This document shows, in pieces, positions 61,041-64,000 of a DNA stretch of 64,000 nt; within the stretch, counting starts at the first letter, position 1, and every line of letters begins with the position of its first letter. The notes under the pieces were generated by a model that worked only from the letters and a program-made list of their open reading frames with translations, did not search any database and was not told the DNA's origin. The position numbers and the translations under genes were made by a program. The stretch comes from Cyanophyceae cyanobacterium. GTDB taxonomy: Bacteria > Cyanobacteriota > Cyanobacteriia > Cyanobacteriales > JBHJGN01. The DNA is taken from assembly GCA_050331735.1 (NCBI GenBank), contig JBHJGN010000016.1:46515-110514 (forward strand), in the 5' to 3' direction.

Positions 61041-61622
61041 ATGAAGTCTCTCTCCAAAAAGTCTCGCGCTCAGCCTAGACAACGCCATCATCCGCTACTG
61101 TTCCTCTTGGCAGTTGCCTTAGTAGGAGTTGGCTATCAGCAAATTCAGGATTTCTTCGTGCAGCCAGAAGCCATTGTCGTTTTGGGAGGACACGAAGACA
61201 GAGAACGTTTTGCAGCTCAGCTAGCTCAGCAGCATCCTCAGTTACCAATTTGGGTATCTTCTGGTAGCCCTCAAGCGTATGTGCAGCAGATTTTTGCTCA
61301 GGCAGGAATTAGCCCAGAACGCCTGTACCTAGACTACCGCGCCCTGGATACAGTAACGAACTTTACCACCTTAGTTGACAAACTCAAAGCGCAGGGAATC
61401 ACAAGCGTTTATCTAATAACATCTGACAATCATATGCGTCGCGCTCGCCTGGTAGGAAAAATTATCTTCGGCAGTCAAGGAATTGCGCTCAAGCCTGTTT
61501 CTGTGCCTTCGCAAGCTTCTCCGGAATCTGTTCAAAAATGTCTGCGGGACGGGGCGAGAGCGATTTTGTGGATAGCAACGGGGCATACGGGAGTCTCACT
61601 GCGGGCTTGGACTGCTCGATAG
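61041..61622 (+). CDS. YdcF / DUF218-family protein
   Basis: TM helix, AIVVLGG, DTVTNF, LITSDNHMRRA. Confidence 0.85.
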   Translation: MKSLSKKSRAQPRQRHHPLLFLLAVALVGVGYQQIQDFFVQPEAIVVLGGHEDRERFAAQLAQQHPQLPIWVSSGSPQAYVQQIFAQAGISPERLYLDYRALDTVTNFTTLVDKLKAQGITSVYLITSDNHMRRARLVGKIIFGSQGIALKPVSVPSQASPESVQKCLRDGARAILWIATGHTGVSLRAWTAR

Positions 61623-61627
61623 AATAT

Positions 61628-61818
61628 GGCGCGAACGCGACGGGGAAGGGGGAAAGGGAAAATTGTCCCGGCGGGACGGGGAAAGGGTAAGTCGCTCCGC
61701 GACTGGAGAAAGGACACAGGATTAACGAATAATCTAGTTTATTTTCCCCTTTCCCGTTGCACAGCAACTTTTTCCCCTTTTCCCGCAGCGACAGATGCTT
61801 TCCCGCGCCTGCGGCGCT
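61628..61818. repeat. dispersed G/C-rich repeat with inverted arms
   Basis: G-rich left arm shared with 39685-39717; C-rich right arm ending tttcccgcgcctgcggcgct. Confidence 0.65.
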
Positions 61819-61949
61819 TTAGTACCTTTTAAGTAACTATCCAACTTCTAAGTCAGTACTTTACAGGGTTTATCTGTCGCCGATAGGATGGCCACTGTAG
61901 TGGAGTGCAAAAACACTTTGAGCGAATGTAGCCACAAAGGAGATCGTAC

Positions 61950-62612
61950 ATGGCTGATCAAGAACAAATCATGGGCTTGGTAGAGACAATTAAAGAACGC
62001 CGCGCCGCTAGAGCCTTTAAAAGCGAACCAATCCCTGACGAGACGCTGACAGCAATTCTGCAATTAAGTTTTCGGGCTCCCTCTGGCTTTAATCTACAGC
62101 CCTGGCGCTTTGTTGTGGTTAAAGAACAGGAAAACAAGGATAAGCTCAAAGCCTGTGCTTTCGACCAGCCGCAGGTCGGGCAAGCCCCAGTCGTTTTGAT
62201 CTGCTGCGGCTATCAGGATGTATCAGAGTCAGATTATATTGAGTCTGTCATTCAAGTTGGTACGGATGTGGGCGGGATTAACGATCGGTACGCGACCTAT
62301 CTGCGCGATTCGATTCCTAGCTTTTTTGAAAATCAGCCTTCCTTTGGTTCTAAAGAAGCCTGGACCAATCGGCATGCAATGCTAGCCGTAGCGCATCTGA
62401 TGATTGTGGCTAAAAGCTATGGGGTTGATTCCTGCCCAATGGAAGGTTTTGTCGCTTCTCAGGTCAAAGAAGCATTTAACATTCCTGGTAATGTAGACGT
62501 TTGCTGTTTGCTGCCGATGGGGTATGCGACTGAACCATTTAAGCAGTACGGCGGGCGCTTTCCGATTGAAAAAGTTTGCTTTGGGGAAAGTTACGGTGAG
62601 GCGTTTCATTGA
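61950..62612 (+). CDS. nitroreductase-family protein
   Basis: IKERRAARAF, APSGFNLQPWRFVVV, DSCPMEGF. Confidence 0.9.
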   Translation: MADQEQIMGLVETIKERRAARAFKSEPIPDETLTAILQLSFRAPSGFNLQPWRFVVVKEQENKDKLKACAFDQPQVGQAPVVLICCGYQDVSESDYIESVIQVGTDVGGINDRYATYLRDSIPSFFENQPSFGSKEAWTNRHAMLAVAHLMIVAKSYGVDSCPMEGFVASQVKEAFNIPGNVDVCCLLPMGYATEPFKQYGGRFPIEKVCFGESYGEAFH

Positions 62613-62616
62613 GGCC

Positions 62617-62671
62617 GTAGCGCTGGCGACTAAAGTCGCAGCTACCAAAACGAAGTCCGCCTGTGCGGACT
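62617..62671. repeat. REP-like double-hairpin element
   Basis: gcgact-aa-agtcgc (62626-62639) and agtccgc-ctgt-gcggact (62654-62671). Confidence 0.55.
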
Positions 62672-62811
62672 GAAACTAGGAAAGCCTGAGACTTGTATAG
62701 TCTACGCAAGTAGTTTGTGCTTCAGTAGCAACAATTTCTCCCCGCTACTATATTTATTTAATGGGAAAGGGACGCTTTTTTATTACATCCCTTTTCCCCT
62801 CCCGCACCGGA

Positions 62812-63240
62812 CTATCTCGCCTTGAGAGTCATCAAGTTTTGCTTAACTGCTTCAATGCCTGCTGAGTTTTCGTGCTGAGCATAAATTTCTCCGGCACGGG
62901 CGAGATTGCTAGCCGCTTCGTTATCTTGGCGCAGGTTGGCAAACGCTAAACCTCGATTGTGGTACGCTTGGGCTAATGTTGGAGCTGACTGAATGACTCG
63001 ACTAAATTCTTCGGCGGCTGCCTGAAAATCTCCACTGGTATAGGCGCTGGAGGCTCGCTCAAACGTATTTTTTAATTCAACAGGGAGTAGAGACGGAGGA
63101 ACCGCTACAGGTTGAGGAAACAGAATGGCTGTACTCCCAGAACCTTTATAGGCCCAAATCATCGTTCCCAAGCCAAACCCGCCGACAAGCGTAACACAGG
63201 TTAACCAGGCTAGAAAGTTAGTTGTTTCCATAGACTGCAT
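62812..63240 (-). CDS. membrane-anchored TPR protein
   Basis: N-terminal TM helix; AYHNRGLAFANL TPR motif. Confidence 0.8.
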   Translation of the reverse strand: MQSMETTNFLAWLTCVTLVGGFGLGTMIWAYKGSGSTAILFPQPVAVPPSLLPVELKNTFERASSAYTSGDFQAAAEEFSRVIQSAPTLAQAYHNRGLAFANLRQDNEAASNLARAGEIYAQHENSAGIEAVKQNLMTLKAR

Positions 63241-63398
63241 ACAGTCAATTACTGCGATAAAGCTTGCTGTGTTATAAAACTTATCTTAAAAAGAACTTAT
63301 TAACTTCACAAGAAATTTGCATTGAATTAAGAGCTGTGTTGGCAGGTTTTAATTCGATAATTAGAGAAGTAACTCAGCAGATCTGAATTGAGGTAGCA

Positions 63399-63557
63399 AT
63401 GAGTCTCCATAACTTTTTACTCTTGACTCTATTTAATACTGCATTTTGTCTTCTTCTACCAAGAATGATTACTTTGAACTGGGGACAGCTACTCAAAAGC
63501 GCGATGACTAACCTACTAAGAATGGAGTCAACAAAGCCAAAGGCTATAGTCAGCTAG
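63399..63557 (+). CDS. small hydrophobic protein, 52 aa (not in ORF track)
   Basis: GAGG RBS, MSLHNFLLLTLFNTAFCLLLPRMITLNWGQLLK...; hydrophobic N-terminus. Confidence 0.55.
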   Translation: MSLHNFLLLTLFNTAFCLLLPRMITLNWGQLLKSAMTNLLRMESTKPKAIVS

Positions 63558-63811
63558 CTTGAAAGATAGTCAAACGGATGGGGAGCGATCGCCCACCAAC
63601 TAAACCAGCAGCAACGGTAACTTTTTAGTTTGTCTGCTGCCTTACGTGTTTTGCTAGTCAGCGCCAAACGAGCCTAGGAGGAAGAGCGATCACCTCACCA
63701 TGAATAACTTAGGAGATCGCTCTTCCAAGGAAATTCTCCCGCTACATCACCTTTATCTTCATTGGAACAATAGGCAAAGAAATAGGACTCATTTGATCGG
63801 CTGGCAGCGGA

Positions 63812-64000
63812 TAGGAACCTATCCCACTAAAGAGCGATACAATAGCAGAAACTGACAATCAGGAACAATGAATGGCGGGAAGATTTGAAGGATTGAACGA
63901 TCTAGAGTGGAAACTGTTTGAAGATATATTGCCAACTGAGCCAGAAAAGCGAGGTCGAGGCATGCCTCATGTCCCATTCCGATACGTGGTCAATACTTTG
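63812..64000 (+). mobile_element. left end of an IS5-family element; transposase starts at 63872 and is truncated by the window edge
   Basis: MAGRFEGLNDLEWKLFEDILP..KRGRG..PFRYVVNTL fits the IS5 N-terminal 'L.D.EW...LP....GR' pattern; candidate end TA-GGAACCTATCCCAC near 63812. Confidence 0.7.

Noticed and set aside
1..64000. CRISPR array, tRNA or rRNA genes
   Set aside because: No regularly spaced direct repeats or cloverleaf/rRNA signatures seen; the frequent GCGATCGC is the ordinary cyanobacterial HIP1 octamer

Overview
Chromosomal window from a cyanobacterium (psbB-psbT-nrdR-rps1 run, psaF-psaJ, zds, glgC, carB, cobI/cobQ, many HIP1 GCGATCGC octamers). Most of it is housekeeping and photosynthesis DNA. 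Two regions stand out. (1) A five-gene minus-strand cluster at 23726-30988: membrane PAS histidine kinase, receiver/KaiA-like chimera (KaiA3-type), KaiB, KaiC and a hybrid histidine kinase with a degenerate N-terminal receiver. It looks like a secondary Kai system embedded in a phosphorelay, and its KaiB has Ala at the fold-switch Gly position. (2) An apparently complete IS200/IS605 element (7733-9807, divergent tnpA/tnpB) inserted 30 bp upstream of polA. Both ends, the guide tetranucleotides and the CCAC target are readable. Its tnpB has an in-frame palindrome and an in-frame tail with a QLSLF clamp-binding motif cut off by a TGA. Also present: two large secreted enzymes (EEP nuclease, zinc metalloprotease), a GH32-like fructosidase, a candidate sRNA, an RpaB paralog, a divergent PsaJ, a histidine-kinase fragment, dispersed G-rich repeats and the left end of an IS5-family element. 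All calls come from motif recognition by eye; no database searches were run.
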